A DNA stretch of 39,021 bases from Oligoflexales bacterium (lineage in GTDB: Bacteria > Bdellovibrionota_B > Oligoflexia > Oligoflexales > RGVZ01): positions 1 to 39,021 of the forward strand of contig JBIJBX010000002.1 in the NCBI GenBank assembly GCA_044344995.1. The letters are read 5' to 3'. Of this stretch, positions 24,860 through 34,115 are shown one piece after another (within the stretch, counting starts at the first letter, position 1; the number at the start of each line of letters is the position of its first letter). A program made the translations under genes and the position numbers. Under the pieces are notes generated by a model, which had not been told where the DNA came from, did no database searches, and saw only the letters and a list, made by a program, of their open reading frames with translations.

Positions 24860-25836
24860 TTGTGGGCGTCCAAAGCCTCAGCCTCATTTGGATGACGTCT
24901 ATTGGGATATCTTTGCTTGGCTCGTCCGAAGCCTTGTCCCAGGATGCATGCTTTGCCCTCACCAAAGGTCCGATCGCATTTGACGTCGATGTGTGCCGAC
25001 CGTTTGACCCCGCCATGTTCGACACATCCAAGGCCAAATATAAATTCATTGATGATTTGGACGCGCAGGGCAAAAAAGAGCTTCTCGACAGCTACCGCGG
25101 ACTCGTAGTCAAAGGCACGGTTGTGCTAAGTCGCGCCGTTAAAGCCGGTATCAGTACTTCAAAGGGAGTGCTTCAGGGCGAAAAGACAATATTATTCATT
25201 CCCCCTAATTTGATTACTTGCGAAGAAATATTCCACAAACGAATCTCTGGCGCCCTCGAAGAAAAATGCTGTAACGGAACGGGCAACGCTCCCTGTCTAT
25301 TGGGTGGCGGTTTCGTGCTTACTGATATCAAGGTCGCGGGTGACGCGATGGTTGGCGAAACTATCAGCAAAAAAGGCAAGCGGATTCACGGTAAAGACTA
25401 CATGGAGGCCGAAAAACTCTACGGGCAGAAAAAATACAGGGAAGCCGTAAAGCTATACACGAAGGCCGAGGAAGCCAATGACATAGATGTGAAAGGTCTT
25501 TTTCGCATGGGCTTTGCGTACCGAGAACTGGAGAAGTGCGATTTGGCGGTACGACCTCTGAAAAAAATCTGGGACCTCCAGCAAGCCAGTAAGGTTTGGG
25601 CTGACGAGGAACTGGATGCCCGTCGTGGTGTGTTTCTCCTCGCTAGGTGTAACGCCAAGAATGGTGACCCTTCCGGTGCTGTTTTCTACCTCAATGCATT
25701 TTTGCTGGATCCAAAAAAATACCGCAGCGAGCTCCAACAATCTTTGAAACACAAAGACTTTGGCTGGATTCATACGTCCAAAGAATATCGTCAATACCGT
25801 GAGTCTGCCGAAAAAAAGCTAGGCATGCGCCAGTAG
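24832..25836 (+). CDS. Secreted Cys-rich protein with C-terminal TPR-like repeats
   Basis: The ORF overlaps or abuts the vWA gene. Candidate starts are GTG 24832, GTG 24862 (3 nt after the vWA stop) or ATG 24892. The leader is hydrophobic (..SLIWMTSIGISLLGSSEALS). TPR-like repeats are visible (AEKLYGQKKYREAVKLYTKAEE.., GLFRMGFAYRELEKCDLAVRPLKK). Confidence 0.62.
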   Translation: MVRHLCQKLIVGVQSLSLIWMTSIGISLLGSSEALSQDACFALTKGPIAFDVDVCRPFDPAMFDTSKAKYKFIDDLDAQGKKELLDSYRGLVVKGTVVLSRAVKAGISTSKGVLQGEKTILFIPPNLITCEEIFHKRISGALEEKCCNGTGNAPCLLGGGFVLTDIKVAGDAMVGETISKKGKRIHGKDYMEAEKLYGQKKYREAVKLYTKAEEANDIDVKGLFRMGFAYRELEKCDLAVRPLKKIWDLQQASKVWADEELDARRGVFLLARCNAKNGDPSGAVFYLNAFLLDPKKYRSELQQSLKHKDFGWIHTSKEYRQYRESAEKKLGMRQ

Positions 25837-25837
25837 G

Positions 25838-26446
25838 CTAGCGGAAATCCAGTAAAAATTTTTTCAAGCTAGCCATGGCTCGCCCGCGATGACTGATAGC
25901 GTTTTTCTCGTCCTCGGAGAGTTCCGCCATGGACTGGGTAAACCCGAGTGGGATAAACACTGGATCATAGCCAAAACCTCCCCCGCCAGAACCACTTGAA
26001 GCGATTTTACCCTCACAACGCCCCTCAAATAAGTGCTCTCGCTTTTGTTCGTCAACCAGAAGCAATAGACAGTAGAAATGGGCCTGGCGTCGACTCCCCG
26101 GAATCGACTCCATGACCTGCAGAAGCTTTGCCGTATTGCGGGCGTGATCCCCCTCGACTCCGCCATAACTGCTCGAGTAAACCCCTGGCTCGCCGCCAAG
26201 GGCGTCGACGCAAAGCCCACTGTCATCTGCAAGGATCAGCCCCGACACATGGGGTCTTAAGGTATTAATTTTGATTCGGGCATTTTCAAGAAACGTTTGA
26301 CCAGTTTCATCCCATCGCAAACCGGGGGCGATCTCAGCGACACTGAGCACCCGCCACGAGGGGCCAAAAATCGCCTGAATCTCTTTGACTTTATGGCGAT
26401 TATTGGAGGCCAAAACGATTTGTTTAATCACACCTTTTTGCGACAT
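25838..26446 (-). CDS. rdgB: RdgB/HAM1-family non-canonical purine NTP pyrophosphatase (dITP/XTP pyrophosphatase)
   Basis: It has VLASNNRHKVKEI, ADDSGLCVDALGGEPGVYS, GFGYDPVF and SHRGRA, which are the family signatures. The ATG is at 26446. Confidence 0.92.
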   Translation of the reverse strand: MSQKGVIKQIVLASNNRHKVKEIQAIFGPSWRVLSVAEIAPGLRWDETGQTFLENARIKINTLRPHVSGLILADDSGLCVDALGGEPGVYSSSYGGVEGDHARNTAKLLQVMESIPGSRRQAHFYCLLLLVDEQKREHLFEGRCEGKIASSGSGGGGFGYDPVFIPLGFTQSMAELSEDEKNAISHRGRAMASLKKFLLDFR

Positions 26447-26538
26447 CAAAAGCCCTTACAAGTTTGGCCGTTTACCCACTTGCCTTAAACAGTAATCGTG
26501 GCACAATAACGCCTCTAAAACCACGGAGACTTTACTAA

Positions 26539-26772
26539 ATGGGCCAAATGACAGCTGAAATTTTGACAAAAAAACTACTCGATTCCTTCCCTGACGCTCG
26601 GGTCAAGGCGTCAGATATGACGGGCGGCGGTGATCATTGGCAGGTCATTATTGAATCTGCCCATTTTCAAGGCAAATCATTGGTGGAACAACACCAACTT
26701 GTGTATAAGGCCCTGGGTGATTGGATGAAAAAGGAAATTCACGCCCTCGCGTTAACAACAAAGGCCCTCTAA
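26539..26772 (+). CDS. BolA-family protein (IbaG-like)
   Basis: 77 aa. It has ..GGGDHWQVIIESAHFQGKSLVEQHQLVYKAL....IHALAL.T, which is the BolA fold signature including the conserved H...H. Confidence 0.87.
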   Translation: MGQMTAEILTKKLLDSFPDARVKASDMTGGGDHWQVIIESAHFQGKSLVEQHQLVYKALGDWMKKEIHALALTTKAL

Positions 26773-26780
26773 AAGTAACA

Positions 26781-27794
26781 ATGTCAGAGCATCAAAAAAA
26801 CAGAGCTGAAGTCGTTGGACTTTGGGCCGGCACTCTGGCCGCAACAGAGGTTGGTCTCGGATCCATTTTACACGGCCTCCATGTGCCGCTGGCCGGCAGT
26901 ATGCTCTCACTTAATCAGGCTGCGTTTCTGACACGCGCCACGAGAACTGCGGGCAATTATCAGACGGCACGTACGCTGCCGTTTGAAATCTCATCAATCA
27001 CTGCCGTTTTAAAATCGTTCTCGCCCATCGGCAAAAAACTAACTCCCATGCTAGCCATCACCGCACAAGGAGCCTTATTTTCACTTGCCACAGTTATTTT
27101 TGGCGCTAACCTGCTGGGTGTCATGATTGGTTCCGCTCTTTTAGCCACTTGGGGTGTTATTCAACCCTTGGCTATTGCTGGGTTAATGTTTTGGTCTCTA
27201 TCAGGAAGCGAGCAGGACAAAATCATTCTTTCGTGGCAAAAGCTGACCGCTGAATTACCCTTCTTAAATTCTGAAAATGTTGGCCTGGCTGTGGCCTGCT
27301 TCCTCATTTTAAAATGCAGTTTAGCCTTAGTCATCGCGGTCGCAACCTGGAACCTCTCGCCCGGACACCAATCATCTTGGTTTACTGCATGGGTCAATCG
27401 ACTCACACGCGCATGGGTCGCAAAGGGCCCCCTACCCATGTCGGGGATTGCTGACGAGCCCGCGCAGAAATCCCTCACGCACTACAACAATAATCCATTG
27501 ATTGATGCTCTCAGAGATTTAATGCGGCCACTGGTGCTCATGTCTCTGAGTATTTTGATAGCCCTATCTGCATTGATTAACTCGGATCTAGTCGACACTT
27601 TTTGGATCACCATGCGAGCACTCGGCGCAGCTTATGCAACCTATGTGATTCTCAGGTGGCTGCCTTGGGACCGACTGCTGATCGGAAACTCCGCTTCAAA
27701 AACTGCCTTAAGATCGGCCGTTAAGCGCCTACACCTCATACAAATAAATAACAAAGAAGATATGGTCGAAACTTTCAGGCAGGTGCATCCATGA
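26781..27794 (+). CDS. Uncharacterised polytopic inner-membrane protein (7-9 predicted TM segments), coupled to xdhA
   Basis: I prefer the ATG at 26781, which avoids overlap with bolA. Many hydrophobic segments are visible (VVGLWAGTLAATEVGLGSILHGL, LTPMLAITAQGALFSLATVIFG, VGLAVACFLILKCSLALVIAVATW, LVLMSLSILIALSALI, and others). Its stop TGA (27792-27794) overlaps the xdhA ATG (27791-27793). Confidence 0.68.
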   Translation: MSEHQKNRAEVVGLWAGTLAATEVGLGSILHGLHVPLAGSMLSLNQAAFLTRATRTAGNYQTARTLPFEISSITAVLKSFSPIGKKLTPMLAITAQGALFSLATVIFGANLLGVMIGSALLATWGVIQPLAIAGLMFWSLSGSEQDKIILSWQKLTAELPFLNSENVGLAVACFLILKCSLALVIAVATWNLSPGHQSSWFTAWVNRLTRAWVAKGPLPMSGIADEPAQKSLTHYNNNPLIDALRDLMRPLVLMSLSILIALSALINSDLVDTFWITMRALGAAYATYVILRWLPWDRLLIGNSASKTALRSAVKRLHLIQINNKEDMVETFRQVHP

Positions 27795-29284
27795 GATCAT
27801 CGAAGTCTTCAGGATTTGGCCGCGACGTTGTGATCTTTCTTAACGGCAAGAAAGTCCAAGTAGGCGCTGACGACGCACTTATGATGCTGGCTGAATGGCT
27901 CCGAAAAAGGGCATTACGACCCGGCACAAAAATAGTTTGCGCCGAAGGCGACTGCGGTGCCTGTACTGTCTTGAGAGCTTTCAAGAGCAAATCAACTCCA
28001 GGTAAGCTTAGTTTCCTGCCGATCAACTCTTGCATCACAACTGTAGCTCAAATGGACGGAAGTCACATTGTAACCGTTGAGGGTCTTGCCCAAAACGGCA
28101 AACTCTCCCCTGTTCAAAACGCCATGCGTTCTTGTCATGGATCCCAGTGCGGCTACTGCACGCCAGGGTTTGTCATGGCTCTGACCGGCGCCACAGAAGT
28201 GCATAAAACCTTGGACCGCAAAACCGCCGCCAACTATCTTACTGGCAACCTGTGCCGGTGTACGGGTTATGCACCCATACTTGACGCAGCTGAAGCCATC
28301 CAGACAGATCCTGTGTTTCATGTGGCAAGCCGCTACCTCACGACAAAAAACATGAATGAGTTAAAAGCTGCCACAAAACAGCCTGTTGAATTCAAGGATT
28401 CCCAAGGTCGAACGTTCTCCGCACCAAGCACGTTGGCTGCCGCCTGTAAATTCCTGAAACAAAAAAAAGGCGCAAGGCTGATTGCCGCCGCGACTGATCT
28501 TGGTGTGCAAACCAACAAGGGACGCCCACTCCCTGAAGCACTCTTAAGCCTACAAAATATTGATGAACTCTATGTTTTGAAAGCGAATAAAACCTTGCTC
28601 AACGTGGGTGCACGCGTGACTCTGGCCCAGCTAAGAAAAGCCACGGCCGAGAAATTCCCTGAACTTAGTCGGTTTTTGGACATTTTCGCGTCCCCTCAAA
28701 TCAAAAACTCCGCGACCTTGGTCGGAAATCTTGCCAACGCATCACCCATTGGCGATACCCTTCCAATGCTGCTCGCAACTGAGGCCGTAATCCATACGGC
28801 CTATTGGGGAGCTGGAAAACTGGTTCGGCGCAAGATAGCTGCCACCGATTTTTTCCTGGGCTACAAAAAACTTGCCCTAAAACCTTACGAGTTGATTTGG
28901 AAAGTTGAGATACCACTTGGTAGCAACATCAAAAATCTACGCCTCTACAAATCGTCACAACGAAAAGACTTGGACATATCAGCCGTAGGCGCTGCTTTTA
29001 GAATCGTCACCGACAAATCAGGCATTATTAGCCACGCTGCTCTCGCCTTAGGCGGCGTTGCCGCTACCCCGGTGCGGCTGCCGAAGGTAGAAAGAATGCT
29101 CGTGGGAAAACCCATAGAACCAAAAGTCATCGCCGAAGGCCTGCGCTGCCTCAATGAATCCATCACGCCACTGTCTGATGTCCGCGGGACAGCGGCGTTT
29201 CGCCATGTCCTCGCTGGGAATATGTTTAAAATGTATCTCAACGACACGTTTGGAGTATCCATTGCCAACGAGGGCCGCCCATGA
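27791..29284 (+). CDS. xdhA: Xanthine dehydrogenase small subunit ([2Fe-2S] plus FAD-binding domains)
   Basis: Both 2Fe-2S cysteine clusters are present (CAEGDCGACTV; CHGSQCGYCTPGF...NLCRCTGY). A CO-dehydrogenase-type FAD-binding domain follows (AAATDLGVQ.., ATLVGNLANASPIGD). Confidence 0.93.
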   Translation: MRSSKSSGFGRDVVIFLNGKKVQVGADDALMMLAEWLRKRALRPGTKIVCAEGDCGACTVLRAFKSKSTPGKLSFLPINSCITTVAQMDGSHIVTVEGLAQNGKLSPVQNAMRSCHGSQCGYCTPGFVMALTGATEVHKTLDRKTAANYLTGNLCRCTGYAPILDAAEAIQTDPVFHVASRYLTTKNMNELKAATKQPVEFKDSQGRTFSAPSTLAAACKFLKQKKGARLIAAATDLGVQTNKGRPLPEALLSLQNIDELYVLKANKTLLNVGARVTLAQLRKATAEKFPELSRFLDIFASPQIKNSATLVGNLANASPIGDTLPMLLATEAVIHTAYWGAGKLVRRKIAATDFFLGYKKLALKPYELIWKVEIPLGSNIKNLRLYKSSQRKDLDISAVGAAFRIVTDKSGIISHAALALGGVAATPVRLPKVERMLVGKPIEPKVIAEGLRCLNESITPLSDVRGTAAFRHVLAGNMFKMYLNDTFGVSIANEGRP

Positions 29285-31737
29285 GCCCAAAAGACATCAT
29301 GCCAATGAAAACGGCTGCGCCGATTCCACCCCATGACTCCGCCATCACCCACGTTACTGGAGAATCCGAATACGTTGATGATCGTCCCATGCAATCCGGT
29401 GAGTTATTTGTCGGTTGCTATTTCAGTAAACTTGCTCGCGCTGAGATCAGATCGATCCATGGGCAAGATGCGCTCAAAATCCCTGGTGTTGAATGCGTCA
29501 TCACGGCTAAAGATGTGCACCACAATGCCTGGGGGCCCATATTTCACGACCAACCTGTGATTGCGGATAAAGAAACCACATTTGCAGGCGAAGTGCTGGC
29601 CGTCGTTGGCGCGACATCTCCGGAAAGCCTGCGCGCTGGATTGGCTGCCTTAAAAGTTGAGCTCAAGCCCCTCCCATCTGTGATGTCAATCAAGCAGGCC
29701 ATCAAGGATTCATCATTCATTGGCGGCGAGCGGTTTATCCGGCGAGGCGACGTAAAATCTGCGCTGGAACGCGCCCCTCACCGCTTAAGTGGAACCCTGA
29801 CCATCAAAGGTGCCGATCATTTTTATCTCGAGAGTCAGGCTGCCCTCGCCTATCCGGGCGAAAACGGCCAGATGGTGGTCCATTCATCGACCCAGCACCC
29901 AACCGAAACGCAGCATGTTGTGGCGGAATCAATTGGGCGACCCTTTAGCGATGTCACATGTATCGTTAAACGACTAGGTGGTGGTTTTGGTGGCAAGGAA
30001 TCTCAGGCTAGCCCCATTGCAGCTTATGCCGCCTTGGTCGCCAAGAAAACTGGGCGCCCCGCTCGCATTGTATTGACCAAAGATGACGACATGGTGATGA
30101 CGGGAAAACGCAACCCATTTGAAATTTACTACGATGTGGGATTTGACGATCAAGGCCGCATACTTGCACTTCGATCAAGGTTATATTCTGACGGCGGCGC
30201 CTACGCTGACCTATCGACCGCCATCATGGAGCGCGCCATGCTCCACTCCGATAACGCCTACTTCATTCCAAATGTGGAAGTCATTGGCCAAGTTTGCAAA
30301 ACTAATTATCACCCGCACACGGCATTCCGCGGCTTTGGTGGACCCAAGGGTGTGGCCGCTATTGAGGGCATTATTGAGGATATGGCCCAAGCACTCAATA
30401 AAGACGCCCTCGACATCAGAAGGCTCAACGTTTACCGCGAAGGTTTTGATAAAACCCATTACGGCCAAACAGTTGAAAACAACCTCCTGCCAAAACTTTT
30501 TGAAGATCTTGAAGCCTCCTGTGATTACCGCGAACGCCGCAAAGCCATCGCAGCAAACAATCAAAAAGCTCTTCAGTCCAACAATAAATTTAGTGATGAC
30601 GCAAAATTCTTGCGCGGCCTTTCAATGACGGCCGTCAAGTTTGGAATTTCTTTTACCACAAGGTTTCTAAACCAAGGCAACGCTCTCTTACAACTACACC
30701 GCGATGGATCCATCCAAGTCTCAACCGGCGCTGTCGAGATGGGGCAAGGAGTCAACACCCGCATTGCCATGCTGGTGGCGGAAGAGCTTGGAGTTTCTCT
30801 TGATTTGATTCGAGTCATGTCAACAGCAACGGACAAAAATGCAAACACCTCACCGACAGCAGCATCCACGGGAACTGACATCAACGGTGCTGCTGCTTTA
30901 AAAGCTGCTCGTGAGATCAAAAAACGCCTGGCTGCGCTGGCAGTTAAATTAAAAGATTTAAACCCTGAAAAATGGCCGTCTAAAACTGCTGGCCTCGGGA
31001 CGGCGCCCGAAGTTGTCATATCTGACATCTTTGAAAAAGCACATGAACTGACTAAATTTTGCGATAACCGTGTCTCCGTAGCAGGTGGCTTCTCCCTCTC
31101 CATGAAAGAGCTTATTAACGAGGCCTACCTTAACCGCATTTCCCTTGGCGAGTATGGTTATCACCGCACTGAGAACTTGGGCTTTGATAAACTCTCCGGT
31201 CAGGGCCAAGCCTTTCACTACTTCACCCAAGGGACAGCCGCGAGCGAGGTCGAAGTCAACCGTTTAACGGGCGAAATCAAAGTTCGCCGCGTTGATATTC
31301 TCATGGACCTTGGAAGGCCCATCAATGAGGGGCTTGATCTTGGACAGGTGACGGGAGCGTTCATCCAAGGCATGGGCTGGGTGACTACAGAAAATCTTGT
31401 TTATAACAAAGAGGGATTTTTACTCTCTCACTCTCCTAGCACCTACAAAATCCCAAGCGTTCAAGACACACCGCGCGTCTTTAACGTGAAGTTAGCCCAC
31501 AATCTGGATAACATCGTAAACGTGAGAGGGACCAAGGCCGTGGGGGAGCCACCACTTCTCCTTTCTCTGTCGGTGTGGACGGCCGTCAAAGACGCCATTC
31601 GCTACGTCTCCGATTACAACCCAGCAACGCTCGCCTTTAATCTCCAAAATACTTTGCCCATCCCTGCCACTGCGGAAGAAGCTTTACGTCATTTAGATCC
31701 AGAAGCTTTCTCCCTATTTGAACAAGACGCAAAGTAG
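29281..31737 (+). CDS. xdhB: Xanthine dehydrogenase molybdopterin-binding large subunit
   Basis: 818 aa. It has GGGFGGKE, FRGFGGPKG, VEMGQG and the C-terminal catalytic-Glu motif TKAVGEPPL. An ATGA start/stop overlap links it to xdhA. Confidence 0.95.
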   Translation: MSPKDIMPMKTAAPIPPHDSAITHVTGESEYVDDRPMQSGELFVGCYFSKLARAEIRSIHGQDALKIPGVECVITAKDVHHNAWGPIFHDQPVIADKETTFAGEVLAVVGATSPESLRAGLAALKVELKPLPSVMSIKQAIKDSSFIGGERFIRRGDVKSALERAPHRLSGTLTIKGADHFYLESQAALAYPGENGQMVVHSSTQHPTETQHVVAESIGRPFSDVTCIVKRLGGGFGGKESQASPIAAYAALVAKKTGRPARIVLTKDDDMVMTGKRNPFEIYYDVGFDDQGRILALRSRLYSDGGAYADLSTAIMERAMLHSDNAYFIPNVEVIGQVCKTNYHPHTAFRGFGGPKGVAAIEGIIEDMAQALNKDALDIRRLNVYREGFDKTHYGQTVENNLLPKLFEDLEASCDYRERRKAIAANNQKALQSNNKFSDDAKFLRGLSMTAVKFGISFTTRFLNQGNALLQLHRDGSIQVSTGAVEMGQGVNTRIAMLVAEELGVSLDLIRVMSTATDKNANTSPTAASTGTDINGAAALKAAREIKKRLAALAVKLKDLNPEKWPSKTAGLGTAPEVVISDIFEKAHELTKFCDNRVSVAGGFSLSMKELINEAYLNRISLGEYGYHRTENLGFDKLSGQGQAFHYFTQGTAASEVEVNRLTGEIKVRRVDILMDLGRPINEGLDLGQVTGAFIQGMGWVTTENLVYNKEGFLLSHSPSTYKIPSVQDTPRVFNVKLAHNLDNIVNVRGTKAVGEPPLLLSLSVWTAVKDAIRYVSDYNPATLAFNLQNTLPIPATAEEALRHLDPEAFSLFEQDAK

Positions 31738-31743
31738 CAGCCA

Positions 31744-32535
31744 ATGATTTTCAGTGAATTCATCACAGCATGTCATACGTTAGAGCAAGAAAGTCGCTCC
31801 TATGCCGTAGTGACCCTCATTAAGATCGACGCCCATGTACCGCAGGAAGTGGGCGCAAAGATGCTCGTGACTGCCGCAGGATTGCATGCTGGAACGATCG
31901 GTGGCGGCAAACTAGAAGCCAAGGCCATCGAACTCGCCAAACAGCAGCTTACAAACTCAGAATCACAACTTCACAAGATTGATCTGAATAAAGACCTCGG
32001 CATGGTGTGCGGCGGTGTGGCGACCATCTTCGTGGAGTCAAGTCAGCACAAAAGCTGGAATCTTGCCGTCTACGGCGCTGGACACGTTGGCCAGGCTTTA
32101 ATTCAACTGCTAAAGACCTTCGCCTGCCAATTGTACTGGATCGACAGTCGGCAAGACTGGTTAGACAAACAGCCTGATCACCCTCGGCTCAAAAAAATCT
32201 TCACCGCAAACCTCGGCCATATTCCTTCAACGTTGCCCGAGGGCACCTATCACATCATCGCAACGCCCGGGCATGCCTTTGACCTTGAAGTCTTAAAGAG
32301 TGTTCTTCGGTTAACAAACACTCCGTATATCGGGGTCATTGGCAGTAAAGTTAAAGCACGCACCATTCGTGCGAGTCTAATGAACGAGGGTTTCACCGCG
32401 GCAGACTGTGAGCGATTTCACTGCCCCATGGGTCTACCCATCGGCAACAACACTCCGGCCGAGATAGCTGTGAGTATCGCGGCGCAGATTCTTGAGCGAC
32501 GAGATCACTCCAATGACATTAAAAAGTCTGAATAA
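31744..32535 (+). CDS. xdhC: XdhC/CoxI-family molybdenum cofactor insertion chaperone
   Basis: An N-terminal XdhC_CoxI-like region (YAVVTLIKIDAHVPQEVGAKMLV...GTIGGG) is followed by a Rossmann-like C-domain (LAVYGAGHVGQAL). It starts 6 nt after xdhB. Confidence 0.87.
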   Translation: MIFSEFITACHTLEQESRSYAVVTLIKIDAHVPQEVGAKMLVTAAGLHAGTIGGGKLEAKAIELAKQQLTNSESQLHKIDLNKDLGMVCGGVATIFVESSQHKSWNLAVYGAGHVGQALIQLLKTFACQLYWIDSRQDWLDKQPDHPRLKKIFTANLGHIPSTLPEGTYHIIATPGHAFDLEVLKSVLRLTNTPYIGVIGSKVKARTIRASLMNEGFTAADCERFHCPMGLPIGNNTPAEIAVSIAAQILERRDHSNDIKKSE

Positions 32536-32640
32536 AAACAGGGCGAACAGCCATGTCACAATAGTTTATCCGCATTGATTGCTGACCTACCTGCCGTGTT
32601 GTATTCTAAAAGATGCCCCTCTTTTGAAGGAACACAAGTC

Positions 32641-33540
32641 ATGCACCACGCGTATGACATCACCAAGGCAGCAGAAGCCGCAGCACCCGTTCGGCTGCGC
32701 GATGGCGCTACAATTCAAACTTGGGTGAAAAGCGGCTGGGGAACCCCTCTTGTTTTTCTTTATGGCCTTGGCTGTTCCATCTCGCACTGGAAATATCAGT
32801 TGGCCCACGCCCAGGCTGCTGGTCGATTGACCGTTCATATGGACTACCGTGGCCACGGCGCATCGACTCTTGGAAAACCTTTAAGACCTCTGAGCATAAA
32901 GACACTGAGTCAGGACCTCAAGGAGGTGCTTGATCAGTTGTCCATCGAAACGGCTGTGGTTTTGGGTCAATCCATGGGGGGAACCGTCGCCCTACAATTT
33001 GCTCATGATCACCCAAAGCGATGCTCAGGACTCGTGTTACAAGGGGCGCCTGGCAGAAACCCGTTTGGACCCATGCGCATTGGTGATACGGGACGAGCTG
33101 CGTTAAAGCTGATGATTACCCTCAATAAAATCGCTCCCATTTGGGTCAAGTTTTTGAATAAAACAGCAGGTCGAGCCCCAGGAATTGCTCGCGAGCTTGT
33201 AAGGTTAAAAGGCTTTAATCCGACCCTGGCAAGAACCGAGGATATCGAAGAGTATCTTCGGCATTTTTTCGCAACAGATCCCAATATTTTCTATGAGCTG
33301 GCCGATGATCTTAAGGACTTTGACGTTAGCCAGTTTGATAATTTAATCGAAAGTCCGACCCTGATCATCGCAGGCGCAAAAGACAACATGGTGCCCCTTG
33401 AAGAGTGCCGATGGCTTGCTAAACGCCTGCCAATGGCAGAACTTGAGGTCATTAACCACGGCAGCCACTGCCCCCATCTTGACGACCCCCTCTTGGTCAA
33501 TCACCGCATAGACCGCTTTTTAAGCACCTATAAATTTTGA
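32641..33540 (+). CDS. Alpha/beta-fold hydrolase
   Basis: It has an HG-type oxyanion region (LVFLYGLGCS), the nucleophile elbow GQSMGG, and a C-terminal catalytic His context (NHGSHCPHLDDP). I prefer the ATG at 32641 (GAAGGA SD) over the TTG at 32575. Confidence 0.85.
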   Translation: MHHAYDITKAAEAAAPVRLRDGATIQTWVKSGWGTPLVFLYGLGCSISHWKYQLAHAQAAGRLTVHMDYRGHGASTLGKPLRPLSIKTLSQDLKEVLDQLSIETAVVLGQSMGGTVALQFAHDHPKRCSGLVLQGAPGRNPFGPMRIGDTGRAALKLMITLNKIAPIWVKFLNKTAGRAPGIARELVRLKGFNPTLARTEDIEEYLRHFFATDPNIFYELADDLKDFDVSQFDNLIESPTLIIAGAKDNMVPLEECRWLAKRLPMAELEVINHGSHCPHLDDPLLVNHRIDRFLSTYKF

Positions 33541-33667
33541 AATTGCCCCTGGGTTATTTTGGTCCTTAGACATCAAAGGATTTAACTTGGTTTCAATGGA
33601 CTCCAGAGTTAATCTTTGTCTCGCGAGTATTCGCACAAAAAATTCAAAAACCCAGGAGAGACACGCC

Positions 33668-34102
33668 ATGAAACTAGCAGCCCTTGCCCTTGTATCGACA
33701 CTTCTCGCCGGAACAGCATTCGGTAAAACTTGTGAAGTGACTGTCGAAGGTTCCGACGCCATGTCCTACAACACCAAAACCATCGCAACCGCTGGCTGCA
33801 AGGAAGTTAAACTAACCTTGAAGCATTCAGGCAAATTGCCCAAAGCTGCCATGGGTCACAACATCGTGATTACAACTGATGCCGACATGCAGAAAACCGT
33901 TGCTGCTGCCACAAAGGCTGGGCCTGCGAAGGATTACTCTCCAGGAACAGACGGCGTCATCGCTGCAACAAAACTTGTGGGCGGCGGCGAGTCTGACACC
34001 GTGACATTTTCAACGGCCAAACTCAAAAAAGGTACTAAATACAAATTTTTCTGCACATTCCCTGGTCACAGTGCCCTGATGCAAGGTGACGTGACTCTTT
34101 AA
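33668..34102 (+). CDS. azu: Azurin (type 1 blue copper protein)
   Basis: A signal peptide (MKLAALALVSTLLAGTAFG) precedes a mature protein that aligns with Pseudomonas azurin. The disulfide Cys pair is present (TCEVTV...AGCKEV). So are the Cu ligands: His in MGHNIV, and Cys/His/Met in FFCTFPGHSALMQG. A GGAGAG SD precedes the start. Confidence 0.93.
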   Translation: MKLAALALVSTLLAGTAFGKTCEVTVEGSDAMSYNTKTIATAGCKEVKLTLKHSGKLPKAAMGHNIVITTDADMQKTVAAATKAGPAKDYSPGTDGVIAATKLVGGGESDTVTFSTAKLKKGTKYKFFCTFPGHSALMQGDVTL

Positions 34103-34115
34103 TAAGCAATTAATT

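Noticed and set aside
26721-26780. 20-codon N-terminal extension of the membrane protein ORF overlapping bolA
   Set aside because: The extension (MDEKGNSRPRVNNKGPLKVT) is hydrophilic and would overlap the conserved C-terminus of BolA by 52 nt. The ATG at 26781 gives a clean 8-nt intergenic spacing.
28945-31230. Minus-strand and off-frame ORFs inside xdhA/xdhB (28945-29394, 30119-30628, 30211-30564, 30573-31103, 30958-31230)
   Set aside because: They are embedded in genes with unambiguous xanthine dehydrogenase motifs. Their products are compositionally odd and lack SDs, so they are shadow ORFs.
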